Shown here one piece after another: positions 49,009 to 59,097 of a DNA stretch of 64,000 nt (position 1 is its first letter; every line of letters begins with the position of its first letter). The stretch comes from Candidatus Gottesmanbacteria bacterium (GTDB lineage Bacteria > Patescibacteriota > Microgenomatia > UBA10105 > UBA927). The notes beneath the pieces were generated by a model. That model did not search any database. It was not told the DNA's origin and saw only the letters and a list, made by a program, of their open reading frames with translations. The position numbers and the translations under genes are program-made. The stretch spans positions 427,282 to 491,281 of the forward strand of contig JAHFKK010000001.1 in assembly GCA_023245335.1 (NCBI GenBank), written 5' to 3'.

Positions 49009-50559
49009 ATGTTAGACGTATTGAAGACCTTATCCGCTTTAGTGAAGCAAAAGCACCAACAACCTATACCTGCGCAGACGGTACGGCCTACCCAAGTTGC
49101 AGCGCAAAAAGAAGACAATAAACCGGCCAAGAAGGGTAAAAAGCAGCCACAGATAGTCGAACCCTCCGTAGATTTTGAAGCCCAGCGGAAGCTTGCAGAA
49201 GCACAGGGACGGGAGATCGTCCTGGAAGCCAAAGACGAAGCGCTCCGTATCCGGCGGGAAGCCGAGTTGGAAACCCGGAGACTTGAAGAAGACGTCCGGG
49301 CCCGTGAAATCGCAGCGGATCGTAAAGATGCAGCGCTTGTAGACCGGGAAAAACGGATATTGGATTCGGAAGATGCTAATCTCAAGAAACGTGAAGAAAT
49401 AGAGGCTCTTCGCAAAGAAACGCTCACAAAGCTCGAAAAAGTAGCTCATCTCACCCGAGATGAAGCCAAGGATCTCATCCTGACAGAACTTCGGAGTGAG
49501 CTTGCTGAAGATGTCGCCAAAGAGATCAAGGAAGCGGAAGCAAAAGCCAAGGAAGAAGCAGAAGCGAAGTCCCGGGAAATTTTGGTAGATGCCATGCGTC
49601 ATGGTGCTACAGATTACGTATCGGAGTACACAGTGTCCGTCATCAAAGTAACGGATGAAGAAGTCAAAGGTCGCATCATCGGGAAAGAAGGCCGCAACAT
49701 CCGGGCGTTTGAGACGGCAACCGGTGTCGACGTAGACCTGGATGAAGAAGGGGTGATCCGGCTTTCCAGCTTTGACCCGGTGCGCCGGGAAATCGCTCGG
49801 GTGACGCTTGAGCGGTTGCTTCGGGACGGCAGAGTACAGCCCGGACGTATCGAGGAACTCATCGAGCAAGTGAAGAAGGAGATTGACCGCATCATGTTCG
49901 AGGAAGGTCAGAAACTCTGTCATGCGGTCGGCGTATATAATCTCCCGCCGCCGCTTGTCGCGCTTCTGGGACGGTTCAAATACCGATATTCCTACGGTCA
50001 AAATATGATCGCGCACACGATGGAGGAAACCAAGATTGGTATCGCGATCGCTCAGGAAATCGGTGCGGACGTCAATGTCGTGCGATTGGGATGTCTCCTC
50101 CATGATATCGGGAAGATCGTCACGGAAAAGGAAGGAAACCATATCACGCTCGGCGTCGAGCTTTGCAAGAAATACGGTTTGCCGCAAAAGGTGATTGACT
50201 GTGTCGCGCAGCATCACGAAGACACGCCGTTCACCAGTTCCGAATCCATGATCGTCTACATAGCTGACGCCATATCCGGCAGCCGGCCTGGGGCGAGGTA
50301 CGAGAACTATGACGAATACGTCAAACGTTTGAAGGATCTGGAGGATATCGCCCGTAGCCACAAAGGCGTGACGGAATCATTTGCCTTTCAGGCAGGACGC
50401 GAAATCCGCGTCATCGTGGATCCTGGTCAGGTCGATGATGCCACAGCGGTCGTCATGGCAAAGGAAATCCGTGATGAAATCGCGAAAAAAGTCATCGTGC
50501 CAGGGTCAGTCAAAGTGACGGTCATCCGTGAGTTGCGGGCGACTGAAGTAGTGAAATAA
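49009..50559 (+). CDS. rny: ribonuclease Y
   Basis: Lys/Glu-rich coiled coil, KH domain (GKEGRNIR), HD domain (LLHDIGK). Confidence 0.85.
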   Translation: MLDVLKTLSALVKQKHQQPIPAQTVRPTQVAAQKEDNKPAKKGKKQPQIVEPSVDFEAQRKLAEAQGREIVLEAKDEALRIRREAELETRRLEEDVRAREIAADRKDAALVDREKRILDSEDANLKKREEIEALRKETLTKLEKVAHLTRDEAKDLILTELRSELAEDVAKEIKEAEAKAKEEAEAKSREILVDAMRHGATDYVSEYTVSVIKVTDEEVKGRIIGKEGRNIRAFETATGVDVDLDEEGVIRLSSFDPVRREIARVTLERLLRDGRVQPGRIEELIEQVKKEIDRIMFEEGQKLCHAVGVYNLPPPLVALLGRFKYRYSYGQNMIAHTMEETKIGIAIAQEIGADVNVVRLGCLLHDIGKIVTEKEGNHITLGVELCKKYGLPQKVIDCVAQHHEDTPFTSSESMIVYIADAISGSRPGARYENYDEYVKRLKDLEDIARSHKGVTESFAFQAGREIRVIVDPGQVDDATAVVMAKEIRDEIAKKVIVPGSVKVTVIRELRATEVVK

Positions 50560-50570
50560 AGCAAAAACTC

Positions 50571-51302
50571 ATGAAGACTGCGGTCGTGACAGGCGCAAGT
50601 AGCGGGATAGGTGATGCAATCTGTAAAGAGTTGCTTAATTCGGGGTTCGTGGTATACGGAATTTCCCGAACGAGGCCGCAGTTCCGACATGCGAGTTTCC
50701 GATGGATTCAATTGGACCTTACCAAGACGCAGAATATACCCCGGACCGCCGCCCAAATATCCGAGACCTCGATAGACCTTTTGATAAATGCCGCCGGTAC
50801 GGCAGGGAAGCACACGGGTCTGGATTTCGATGAAAAAATCTTTCATCGGATTTTTGACCTTAATTTTCTCGCTCCTATCTATTTGGCGTCTTCATTAAAG
50901 AATAAATTGAAGCGGAGCCTCATCATCAATATATCTTCAACATCAGATAGAATCGCTGAACCGGGATATGCATTGTATTGCAGTTCGAAGGCCGCACTCA
51001 ACATGTATTTTGATGTTGTTTCCCTGGAACAAAAGAACTGTAAGGTAATAAGTATCCTGCCGGATTACGTCGATACGCCGCTTCTCCGGAAAGAAATCGG
51101 AAGCGAAGCGTTTGATTGGGATAAAACGATGAAACCGGAGCACGTTGCTTCGTTTGTCGGTTCAATTGTCGGAAATCACGCGCACATACCAACAGGTGCG
51201 CGGATCATGGTACTCAATACGGCAACCCTCGGATCATTTTCGAAAAAAGAATTGCTGTATGCATACAATGTCGATACAGATACACTGATTTCTTCACAAT
51301 AG
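50571..51302 (+). CDS. SDR-family short-chain dehydrogenase/reductase
   Basis: TGASSGIG Rossmann motif and YCSSK catalytic motif. Confidence 0.8.
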   Translation: MKTAVVTGASSGIGDAICKELLNSGFVVYGISRTRPQFRHASFRWIQLDLTKTQNIPRTAAQISETSIDLLINAAGTAGKHTGLDFDEKIFHRIFDLNFLAPIYLASSLKNKLKRSLIINISSTSDRIAEPGYALYCSSKAALNMYFDVVSLEQKNCKVISILPDYVDTPLLRKEIGSEAFDWDKTMKPEHVASFVGSIVGNHAHIPTGARIMVLNTATLGSFSKKELLYAYNVDTDTLISSQ

Positions 51303-51374
51303 GTTGTTTGTATGCCCCAAAGATTGTTATAGTTTCTATTTAGATTGTTATATTGCGATGTATTTAAATATACC

Positions 51375-51403
51375 TTGACACGACGCGCTGTATCTTCTAC
51401 AGT
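51375..51403 (+). promoter_or_regulatory. putative promoter for the HU gene (TTGACA-17-TACAGT) with an AT-rich upstream region
   Basis: TTGACA 51375-51380; upstream 10 bp direct repeats GATTGTTATA at 51322 and 51343. Confidence 0.35.
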
Positions 51404-51484
51404 GGCTCATGGAGATTGTTGCAACAATCCCTTAATTTTTTTTCCTTGTCATAACCTTCTGCCCGAAGGAGGTGAATTCTACAA

Positions 51485-51757
51485 ATGACAAAAGCAGATC
51501 TCGTTGAAGTCGTTGCAAAAAAGGCCAATTTGACCGCAAAAGCAGCCCGTGAGGCTGTAGCTGCAGTTTTTGGCGCCGTCACCGACGCTTTGAAAAAAGG
51601 CGACAAGGTGGTGGTAACTGGTTTCGGAACATTTATGGTTCGAAGCCGGAAAGCACGTACCGGGCGAAACCCCCAAACAGGGGCCGCGATCAATATCCCG
51701 GCGCGCAAGACTCCTGGCTTTACCGCTGGGAAAGCACTCAAAAAAGTTGTCCGGTAA
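51485..51757 (+). CDS. hup: DNA-binding protein HU
   Basis: 90 aa, GFGTF ... R.ARTGRNPQTG; strong SD GAAGGAGGTG. Confidence 0.93.
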   Translation: MTKADLVEVVAKKANLTAKAAREAVAAVFGAVTDALKKGDKVVVTGFGTFMVRSRKARTGRNPQTGAAINIPARKTPGFTAGKALKKVVR

Positions 51758-51834
51758 ACGGATTCTTTTTTCCAATAAGGGACTCACTTTTTCTATAAGT
51801 CGAGTCTCTTTTGGTTTTTTGGGAGAGAATACAG

Positions 51835-52239
51835 TTAACTTCGCGGCCGATACCGCTTATTCAGATTCCATGTAGAGGTGAGAGGAAGATCCCGATCGGG
51901 CGGCAATGGCGTCGGGTCTCTAAGTTCAACATATGTGGCCGACAGCGCTCCTGCTTCGAGCGCAACTGCTACAGGGATAAGGCCGTGAAAATAGTGACCT
52001 ATGACAAACAAAACCGCTGCGGATAAGCCCGTACCCAGTATGATTTGGTCATTATGTTCTTGGTATAGCTTTCTGAGACCCGTAGGAATAATGTCTTTTT
52101 CGCGACTATTCATATAATGGATGCAGATTATAGCACGCTCTATGGCAATAGACTTGCACTGGCAGGGCAGATTACCTATACTAATCCTGTATGCCACCCA
52201 AAGGGAAAAAGAAACGAGCATCACTGCATCTGGATTCAT
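51835..52239 (-). CDS. hypothetical protein (possibly starting at the internal Met, 52113)
   Basis: only sizeable ORF in a 430 bp gap; a hydrophobic segment; no SD and no family recognised. Confidence 0.2.
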   Translation of the reverse strand: MNPDAVMLVSFSLWVAYRISIGNLPCQCKSIAIERAIICIHYMNSREKDIIPTGLRKLYQEHNDQIILGTGLSAAVLFVIGHYFHGLIPVAVALEAGALSATYVELRDPTPLPPDRDLPLTSTWNLNKRYRPRS

Positions 52240-53039
52240 CCTCCGGCCAAATTAAAGAGGGAGAGATATCGGCGGAAGCGGCGGCAGTGACGAAGAGTGA
52301 GCCTCCCGTGCGACAGGTGGTGGAAGTGGTGGATGAACAAGAGGTTCCGGAAGCCATCGAAACGATCAAAAAAGATGCGGCGGAGATAGAAGAAGCGGCG
52401 TCAGATATAGAGGAAGAGGTGAAGGAACAGCGGGAACAGGAAGCGCCGGTAGAGGATACAGCGGATGTCACGCCGCAGCCGATGCGTGAAGAAGTCGTCG
52501 AAGACTCCAAAGGAAGCGTCGAGTCGCTCTTTATGAAAGCGACTTCCCCGGTGACTCCGGAGATTACCGTGGTCGGCAAGCGGGACAAGTCGCTCGGCGT
52601 CTGGGTCGGAGCGATGCTTGGGATAGCTTTAGCAATCGGCGTCTCCCTCATTCTTTTGGTTCGCGGGCCTTCCCATATTTCGTTATTTAAGCCGAAACCC
52701 ACACCCACGCCGACGCTTGCTCCCACTGCGACTCCGGCGCCTATGAGTGCTGTAAGCCGGAAAGACATAAAGGTGGCAGTAGTAAATGGCGGCGGGGTAG
52801 TCGGAGCCGGCAGTAAAATGAAGGCATTTTTAGAGAGTAAGGGGTATACCGTGAGCGGTGTTTCGAATGCCGATGCATATACATACGATCAAACAGAAAT
52901 TCATGTCAAAACCGGCAAAGATGCGGTCGCAAGCCTCCTGAGCGATGATCTCAAGTCTGATTACACACTTTCCTCATCATCCACGGCAACGATAGCTGAT
53001 AGCGCGGCATACGACGCGCAAGTCATCGTCGGAAAGTAG
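52191..53039 (+). CDS. LytR_C domain membrane protein with acidic N-terminal region
   Basis: acidic low-complexity N-terminus, one TM, PT-rich linker, C-terminal IKVAVVNGGGVVGAGSKMKAFLESKGY (LytR_C-like). Confidence 0.6.
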   Translation: MPPKGKKKRASLHLDSSSGQIKEGEISAEAAAVTKSEPPVRQVVEVVDEQEVPEAIETIKKDAAEIEEAASDIEEEVKEQREQEAPVEDTADVTPQPMREEVVEDSKGSVESLFMKATSPVTPEITVVGKRDKSLGVWVGAMLGIALAIGVSLILLVRGPSHISLFKPKPTPTPTLAPTATPAPMSAVSRKDIKVAVVNGGGVVGAGSKMKAFLESKGYTVSGVSNADAYTYDQTEIHVKTGKDAVASLLSDDLKSDYTLSSSSTATIADSAAYDAQVIVGK

Positions 53040-53087
53040 TAAGTTACCGCTTTTGAATTTCCCCTGCTCCATAAAACCCGTATAATT

Positions 53088-53846
53088 GTGCTCATGCGGT
53101 ATAAGGCATTGTTTTTGGATGTGGACGGCACGCTTGTCTTCCACGGATTGGACAGCATACCAAGTCCCCGGGTGACCCGGGCAATCCTGGCCTGTGAACG
53201 GGCCGGCATTTCGGTAAGTCTTGCGACATCACGCCCCCCCCGGTCGGTACAAAAGGTTCTTTCGTATCTTCAACTGAGCGGCTATTGCGTGCTGGCAAGC
53301 GGCGCGCAGATTTACGATCCGCGGGCAAAGAAAGTGATCATCGAACAGCTGTTCCCGAAGTCCGCGATGACCCGTATTATCCGGGTAGCCGACGAATCAC
53401 AGGTACAAGTCAGTATTTATGACGGCACGAAAGAGTTTTTCTACGACGGCATCCATCCCCCGAAAAAAATTGTCGGTATGTGGTTTCCCGAACTCACACC
53501 GGAAGCGCTGCAGATTATCATGAAAAAACTTGTCGGGATCTCCGGCATATCGCTGCATCGCATGGACGCGTGGGACCGGAAATTTGAAAGCCTTGATATC
53601 GTCAATGAACACGCATCTAAGCTGCATGGCATTGTGGAGGTTGCCAAACTTCTAGGTGTGAAGACTCAAGAAATCATCGGCGTCGGGGACGGATATAATG
53701 ATTTTCCGCTCCTTATGGCCTCGGGGCTCAAAATTGCGATGGGCAATGCCGTGCCGGAGCTGAAGGCTATTGCCGACTTTGTCGCGCCGACCGTTGAGGA
53801 AGACGGTGTAGCCACAGTTATTGAGAAGTTTGTCCTGGGGCGCTAA
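53088..53846 (+). CDS. HAD-superfamily hydrolase, Cof-like (type IIB)
   Basis: FLDVDGTL motif I and GDGYNDFPLL motif IV. Confidence 0.8.
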   Translation: MLMRYKALFLDVDGTLVFHGLDSIPSPRVTRAILACERAGISVSLATSRPPRSVQKVLSYLQLSGYCVLASGAQIYDPRAKKVIIEQLFPKSAMTRIIRVADESQVQVSIYDGTKEFFYDGIHPPKKIVGMWFPELTPEALQIIMKKLVGISGISLHRMDAWDRKFESLDIVNEHASKLHGIVEVAKLLGVKTQEIIGVGDGYNDFPLLMASGLKIAMGNAVPELKAIADFVAPTVEEDGVATVIEKFVLGR

Positions 53847-53942
53847 ATTGGACTTCATACGTTATATTTTTTTGGTACAATAGGGGACAATGAAATACTT
53901 CATCCCTCCTTCGTTAACACTACGGAGGGCAGGTAAAACAAT

Positions 53943-55211
53943 ATGAAATATTATATAAAGACGTTTGGTTGTGCGGCAAACGAGGCGGATAGCGAGCGGA
54001 TTGCGGCGTTTTATGAAGCCCGTGGGTACACCGCCGCGAAAACCATGAAGACCGCTGACGACGTCGTCATAAACACCTGCATGATACGACAGTCAGCGGA
54101 AAACAGGGTGTACGGCATCGTCTATAATCTCACCCAGGAGAAGGAAAAGGGTCGAAAAGTAAAGATTGTGGTGACCGGATGCATGGTGGGTATGGCGGCC
54201 CGCGAAAAAACCGGGAAAATGCTGTCGCTCCTTGCCAAAAAAATGCCCGGGGTAGATGAATTCCTTCCGATAGAGGAAGTAGGGTTTGATTTCGCACCGG
54301 TTCGGACAGATCCGCATCACGCGTGGGTGCCGATAGCCAATGGCTGCAATAATTTCTGTACGTTTTGCGTGGTGCCTTTCACCCGCGGGCGGGAAATCAG
54401 CCGACCGCTAGAAGAAATTATCGCTGAATGCAAAATGCTTGCGGAGAAAGGTATCGTGCACGTCACTCTCGTCGGGCAGAACGTCAATTCTTACGGGGCG
54501 GATTTACTGTTGGGGGCAGAAAATGTGCAGGTGATGCGGGACCTGCCTGATAAAAACTATTTCAACAACATGTCATCGCGAGCAAAGCGCAGTGAACCTG
54601 ATGCGGTTACGGGATTGCCTCGCCGTCAGAACGGTCTCGCAAGTACGTTTAAGCCCACGTACGTCAAACATTTGGGTCGTCTAAGAATCCCGACGTTATT
54701 TCCACAACTTCTCGCGGAAGTCGCAAAGATTGAGGGCATCAGATTAATCGACTTTATTTCCAGTAATCCCTGGGATTTTTCTGATGAACTTATAGAAGTC
54801 ATGGCGGCAAATGAAAAAATTTCCCATGATATTCATCTGCCGGTTCAGGCGGGGGATAATGAAGTACTTCGGCGAATGAACCGCTGGTATAGCCGCGAGG
54901 ATTATCTCACACTCGTTAGCAAGATTAAATCCGCGATGCCGGACGTACGGATTTCGACGGACATCATTGTCGGCTTTTGCGGTGAAACCAAGGAGCAGTT
55001 CCAAAACACGGTCAGGCTCGCGAAAAAAGTCGGATTCTCGAAAGCCTATGTCGCCATGTATTCGGATAGACCTATGACTGCGGCCCATAAAGCGTATACG
55101 GATGATGTGCCGCATACGGAGAAGAAACGGCGCTGGCAGGTTTTAGAGAACCTCATCAATAAAACGAATTTGCGGAAAGGCACGTATGCCAAAAGTATCC
55201 GATACGCATAA
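53943..55211 (+). CDS. miaB: radical-SAM methylthiotransferase, MiaB family
   Basis: UPF0004 N-domain Cys (GCAANEADSE, NTC), radical SAM CNNFCTFC; adjacent to miaA. Confidence 0.75.
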   Translation: MKYYIKTFGCAANEADSERIAAFYEARGYTAAKTMKTADDVVINTCMIRQSAENRVYGIVYNLTQEKEKGRKVKIVVTGCMVGMAAREKTGKMLSLLAKKMPGVDEFLPIEEVGFDFAPVRTDPHHAWVPIANGCNNFCTFCVVPFTRGREISRPLEEIIAECKMLAEKGIVHVTLVGQNVNSYGADLLLGAENVQVMRDLPDKNYFNNMSSRAKRSEPDAVTGLPRRQNGLASTFKPTYVKHLGRLRIPTLFPQLLAEVAKIEGIRLIDFISSNPWDFSDELIEVMAANEKISHDIHLPVQAGDNEVLRRMNRWYSREDYLTLVSKIKSAMPDVRISTDIIVGFCGETKEQFQNTVRLAKKVGFSKAYVAMYSDRPMTAAHKAYTDDVPHTEKKRRWQVLENLINKTNLRKGTYAKSIRYA

Positions 55212-56079
55212 GCTTCTTATAATTAGCGGACCCACGGCGACGGGAAAAACCAAACTCGCTACTCATTTCGCTAAACGGTTTAACGGAGAGCTGATAAGCG
55301 CAGATTCGCGGCAGGTGTATAAGGGACTGGATGTCCTGACAGGAAAAGACACCAAGGAGCTCGCCGGTATTCCTGTTTGGTTATATGACGTAGTGGATAT
55401 GGGTGAGCAATTTAGTGTGTCTCTGTACCGGAAGCTTGCGATGAAAGCCATTGCCGATATCCGTGCACGGGGGAAATTGCCTATCATCGTTGGCGGGACC
55501 GGTTTGTATATCCGATCGATCATACATCCTCCTGAAACGATCAATATTCCTCCGGATACTATCTCCCGGCGTCGATGGGACGGGTTACCGGTCACTGATC
55601 TTCAGGACGAGTTACGCGGGCTGGATGCGAAGCGGTTTGCCCGGATGAATAATTCGGATGAGCAGAATCCCCGTCGGCTCATACGGGCTTTAGAGATTGC
55701 TAGGTGGCAAAAGAAATATAAAGGACCCAGAGTTTCCGAGCGTCCGTTTGATTGGTATTGGATCGGTTTAACGCGTGATATGGATGAACTAACGCATAGG
55801 ATCGCGATGCGGGTACAAGCCCGATGGGAAGAAGGGGCGCTTGAGGAGGTGCGGCGTTTCCCGATGGCTGTCGCGACAGGCATGAAAGCGTTACGTCGGT
55901 ATTTGAAAGGCGAGGTAACTAAAGAGGAAGCGCAGGCTGCATGGATACGGGAGGAAGTCTCCTACGCGAAGCGTCAGATGACCTGGTTTCGGAGAGAAGA
56001 GGGGATCCGCTGGTATGATGCGGGGGATGAGAATTTTATCCGTAAAGTAGAGACAGATGTCGAAGGATGGTATACTTGA
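55186..56079 (+). CDS. miaA: tRNA dimethylallyltransferase
   Basis: P-loop GPTATGKT, SADSRQVYKGLDV. Confidence 0.88.
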   Translation: MPKVSDTHKLLIISGPTATGKTKLATHFAKRFNGELISADSRQVYKGLDVLTGKDTKELAGIPVWLYDVVDMGEQFSVSLYRKLAMKAIADIRARGKLPIIVGGTGLYIRSIIHPPETINIPPDTISRRRWDGLPVTDLQDELRGLDAKRFARMNNSDEQNPRRLIRALEIARWQKKYKGPRVSERPFDWYWIGLTRDMDELTHRIAMRVQARWEEGALEEVRRFPMAVATGMKALRRYLKGEVTKEEAQAAWIREEVSYAKRQMTWFRREEGIRWYDAGDENFIRKVETDVEGWYT

Positions 56080-56088
56080 GGTCGAGGC

Positions 56089-57072
56089 GTGCCTATGCTA
56101 ACCAAAGTCGAGATTTCTCACCGGACGATCATATTTACTTTAGTACTTCTGGCCGGTTTGTGGCTCCTCCTGCAGATACGGGATATCCTGTTTCTACTTT
56201 TCATTTCGTTCATTCTCATGTCAGCACTTCAGCCAATCATTGATTGGTTTGAGGATCGCCGCATACCACGCGTGCTTTCTATCGTACTCATTTACGCAGT
56301 CGTGGTAGGAGGAATCGGAGCGGCTATTGCCGGTATGATTCCGACGCTCGCCGCCCAATCCGGTAAGCTGTTTACCGAAATACCGAATTTCTTAAATAGA
56401 ATGTTTCCGTATGTTTCCCTGGACGTGCAGGCACTTTCTCAACAAGTCGCCCCTGTTGGTGAAAACATCGTGAAGGTGACCGTCGGCGTGTTCACCAATT
56501 TCATTACGACGCTTACCGTCTTCACATTTACGTTTTATTTCTTGCTTGAGCGGGGAAATCTCAAGACTGCGATGTCCGGACTTCTCGGAGAAGGGATGGG
56601 AGACCGTATTTTTTCGATCCTCCTGCGGGTAGAAAAGCGATTAGGCGCATGGGTATTGGGAGAACTTATGCTCATGCTGTTTATCGGAACGCTGGTATAT
56701 ATAGGATTATTTTTTCTGCGGGTCGACTTTGCCCTGCCTCTGGCTATCATGGCAGGTCTTTTAGAAATCGTTCCGACCATAGGTCCTATTGTTTCAGCGG
56801 TGCCGGCCATACTGGTCGCGTTTTCTCATTCACCGATTCTCGCACTCACGGTGATCGCACTCTATATAGTCGTCCAGCAGGTGGAAAACAATATTGTTGT
56901 TCCATTGGTCATGCGAAGAAGCGTAGGACTTCCGCCCATACTGACAATCCTTGCCCTTATGATCGGGGGGAGATTTGCCGGAGTGACCGGAGCAATTCTT
57001 GCCGTACCGGTGCTTCTCACGCTTCAGGAGATCATTGCTTCTTTGGCGGCTCCTACTTCGTCCAAACGCTAA
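56089..57072 (+). CDS. AI-2E family transporter (PerM/UPF0118)
   Basis: 327 aa, eight TM helices, family-typical layout. Confidence 0.75.
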   Translation: MPMLTKVEISHRTIIFTLVLLAGLWLLLQIRDILFLLFISFILMSALQPIIDWFEDRRIPRVLSIVLIYAVVVGGIGAAIAGMIPTLAAQSGKLFTEIPNFLNRMFPYVSLDVQALSQQVAPVGENIVKVTVGVFTNFITTLTVFTFTFYFLLERGNLKTAMSGLLGEGMGDRIFSILLRVEKRLGAWVLGELMLMLFIGTLVYIGLFFLRVDFALPLAIMAGLLEIVPTIGPIVSAVPAILVAFSHSPILALTVIALYIVVQQVENNIVVPLVMRRSVGLPPILTILALMIGGRFAGVTGAILAVPVLLTLQEIIASLAAPTSSKR

Positions 57073-57436
57073 TGCACTTTTGGGAACCTCGTAAGCCAGA
57101 TTCTGTTTTTCCCGCCAAGGCGGGATAGATTCTCATTTCTCTAATGCCCGTAAACTTCGGTCCTTCCGAATGTGTGGTATAACGGACCATTCGCCGGTTG
57201 CAGCGGGTGGGATTGCCAACGTTTCACCCATCTACCATAGCCGTCAGGCTACAGGTTGACGATCGTCTCTGTGGCTCTCTCGTCCTGTCAATTCAGGATT
57301 TGTTCCCGGTACCTTTCGGTATCGGAACACCCGACCTTTCAGTGAGGAGCTTACGCTCCTTCCCCTCACATTCTGCTGTCTGGACTTTCCTCTCACGACT
57401 TTCGTCGGAGCGAGAATCCGGGTTCCCAAAGTGCAG
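57073..57436 (-). ncRNA. rnpB: RNase P RNA, bacterial type A
   Basis: minus strand reads GAGGAAAGTCCAGAC (P4 5'), GGGTGAAACG, CCCGCCTTGGCGGG hairpin, AAACAGAATCTGGCTTA (P4 3'); P1 pairing GCACTTTGGGAACC with GGTTCCCAAAAGTGC. Confidence 0.85.
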
Positions 57437-57507
57437 CTTATAGTATAACTCATCATTGTAAGATAGTCCACTGCGCCGGCGTACAATTTCGCCTATCGTA
57501 AAAGGAT

Positions 57508-59037
57508 ATGCTTGCCCAAATTCAGTCCGGAGCCGTCGTTGGTCTCGACGCCGTTCCCGTGACGGTAGAAGTGGACATTGCGTCTCTTGGGTTGCCGTCA
57601 TTCACCATCGTCGGTCTTCCGGATAAAGCAGTAGAAGAGAGTCGGGAACGGGTGCGTGCGGCCATAAAAAATAGTGGTGCAGAATTTCCGGCGAAACGGA
57701 TTACCGTAAATCTCGCTCCTGCGGATCTTCCGAAAGTGGGACCGGCATATGATCTGCCCATCGCACTCGGTATACTTTACGCTTCGGGTCAGCTAGGAAT
57801 AATTCCCAAAGACGCGGTATTCGTCGGTGAGCTCTCTCTGGATGGCAGTGTGCGGCACACAAACGGCGTATTGCCGCTTGCCATGTTAGTCACCAAGATG
57901 CACGGAGAGAAGAACCTTTTTGTCCCGATTTCGGATGCAAGGGAAGCAGCCATCATAAAAGAAATACATGTCTATGGTGTACCGTCTTTGTTAGCATTAT
58001 TTCATCACTTGTCCGCAACCAAACTCATCGCGAGAGAGACACATGTATCATTTACTAAGGTGGTTGGATCTCAAGCATTTGAGTCGGATATGGCTGATAT
58101 TCAGGGCCAGGAGCACGCCAAGCGCGCTTTAGAGATTGCAGCCGCCGGCGGGCACAATCTCTTCATGCAGGGGCCTCCTGGAGCCGGGAAGACCATGCTG
58201 GCGCGTACGTTGCCCTCAATACTCCCGAGCCTCACAGAAGACGAGGCGCTCGAAGTCACAAAAATATATTCGGTGACGGGTAATTTGCCGCCGGGTGAAT
58301 CCGTGATGAAATTTCGTCCGTTTCGATCTCCTCACCATACGACGTCCCGAATCGGGCTTATCGGCGGAGGGACACATCCTTCCCCGGGCGAGATATCGCT
58401 TGCGCATCGGGGCGTACTCTTCCTGGATGAATTCCCGGAATTTCCGAGGAATGTCCTGGAAGCGCTGCGGCAACCGATGGAGGATGGTGTCGTGAGTATA
58501 TCCCGTGCCGTGGGATCGGTGCGGTATCCTGCCAAATTCATGCTGATTGCGGCGGCCAACCCGTGTCCATGCGGCAACAGCGGTTCGGAAACCCGGCGGT
58601 GCACCTGCCTTCCCGGCATGGTTCTTCGCTACCAGAAGCGTGTATCCGGTCCGATTATCGACCGCATAGATCTTCATGTCCATGTCCCGACGGTGGCAAC
58701 AGAGAAACTGACCGATACGTCGACAAAAAATGAATCCTCCGCTCATATCCGGATACGTGTTCAAAAGGCGAGAGATAGGCAAACCAAACGGTTGCACCGT
58801 TTCGCGCTTCGGGCAAATGCTGAAATGCCGACGCGTGTGGTGCGGGAATGCTGCCCCCTTTCCCCGGAATGCGAACAGTTTCTTCGTCTGGCGGTAACGA
58901 AGTTCCGTCTGACTGCCCGGGGGTATTATCGGGTCACGAAAGTCGCACGTACCATCGCCGATTTATCGGGTGACACCGTGATTTCTGTTCCTCACATAGC
59001 CGAAGCGCTGCAATACCGGCCTATCGAGGAGACCTAA
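57508..59037 (+). CDS. YifB/ComM-family Mg-chelatase-like AAA+ ATPase
   Basis: N-terminal Lon-like domain, Walker A GPPGAGKT, C-terminal ChlI domain. Confidence 0.88.
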   Translation: MLAQIQSGAVVGLDAVPVTVEVDIASLGLPSFTIVGLPDKAVEESRERVRAAIKNSGAEFPAKRITVNLAPADLPKVGPAYDLPIALGILYASGQLGIIPKDAVFVGELSLDGSVRHTNGVLPLAMLVTKMHGEKNLFVPISDAREAAIIKEIHVYGVPSLLALFHHLSATKLIARETHVSFTKVVGSQAFESDMADIQGQEHAKRALEIAAAGGHNLFMQGPPGAGKTMLARTLPSILPSLTEDEALEVTKIYSVTGNLPPGESVMKFRPFRSPHHTTSRIGLIGGGTHPSPGEISLAHRGVLFLDEFPEFPRNVLEALRQPMEDGVVSISRAVGSVRYPAKFMLIAAANPCPCGNSGSETRRCTCLPGMVLRYQKRVSGPIIDRIDLHVHVPTVATEKLTDTSTKNESSAHIRIRVQKARDRQTKRLHRFALRANAEMPTRVVRECCPLSPECEQFLRLAVTKFRLTARGYYRVTKVARTIADLSGDTVISVPHIAEALQYRPIEET

Positions 59038-59038
59038 G

Positions 59039-59070
59039 AAAACCCCCCGCTATGATGCGAGGGGTTTTGT
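59039..59070. terminator. hairpin with flanking A-run and T-run (putative bidirectional terminator)
   Basis: AAAACCCCCCGC-tatgat-GCGAGGGGTTTTG between convergent comM (+) and the small zinc-ribbon gene (-). Confidence 0.45.
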
Positions 59071-59097
59071 TGATAAAACGTCTTACCAAAAAAGGAA

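Noticed and set aside
49039-50361. 440 aa minus-strand ORF overlapping RNase Y
   Set aside because: Antisense to rny, which has clear KH and HD motifs; Arg/Phe-rich translation with no domain signature.
52191-52600. Acidic E/A/V-rich N-terminal region of the LytR_C protein as a possible tandem repeat
   Set aside because: Low-complexity compositional bias rather than a true nucleotide-level tandem repeat.
57198-57601. Three ORFs (81, 80 and 102 aa) between perM and comM
   Set aside because: The region is the RNase P RNA gene on the minus strand; the ORFs are chance reading frames across a structured RNA.
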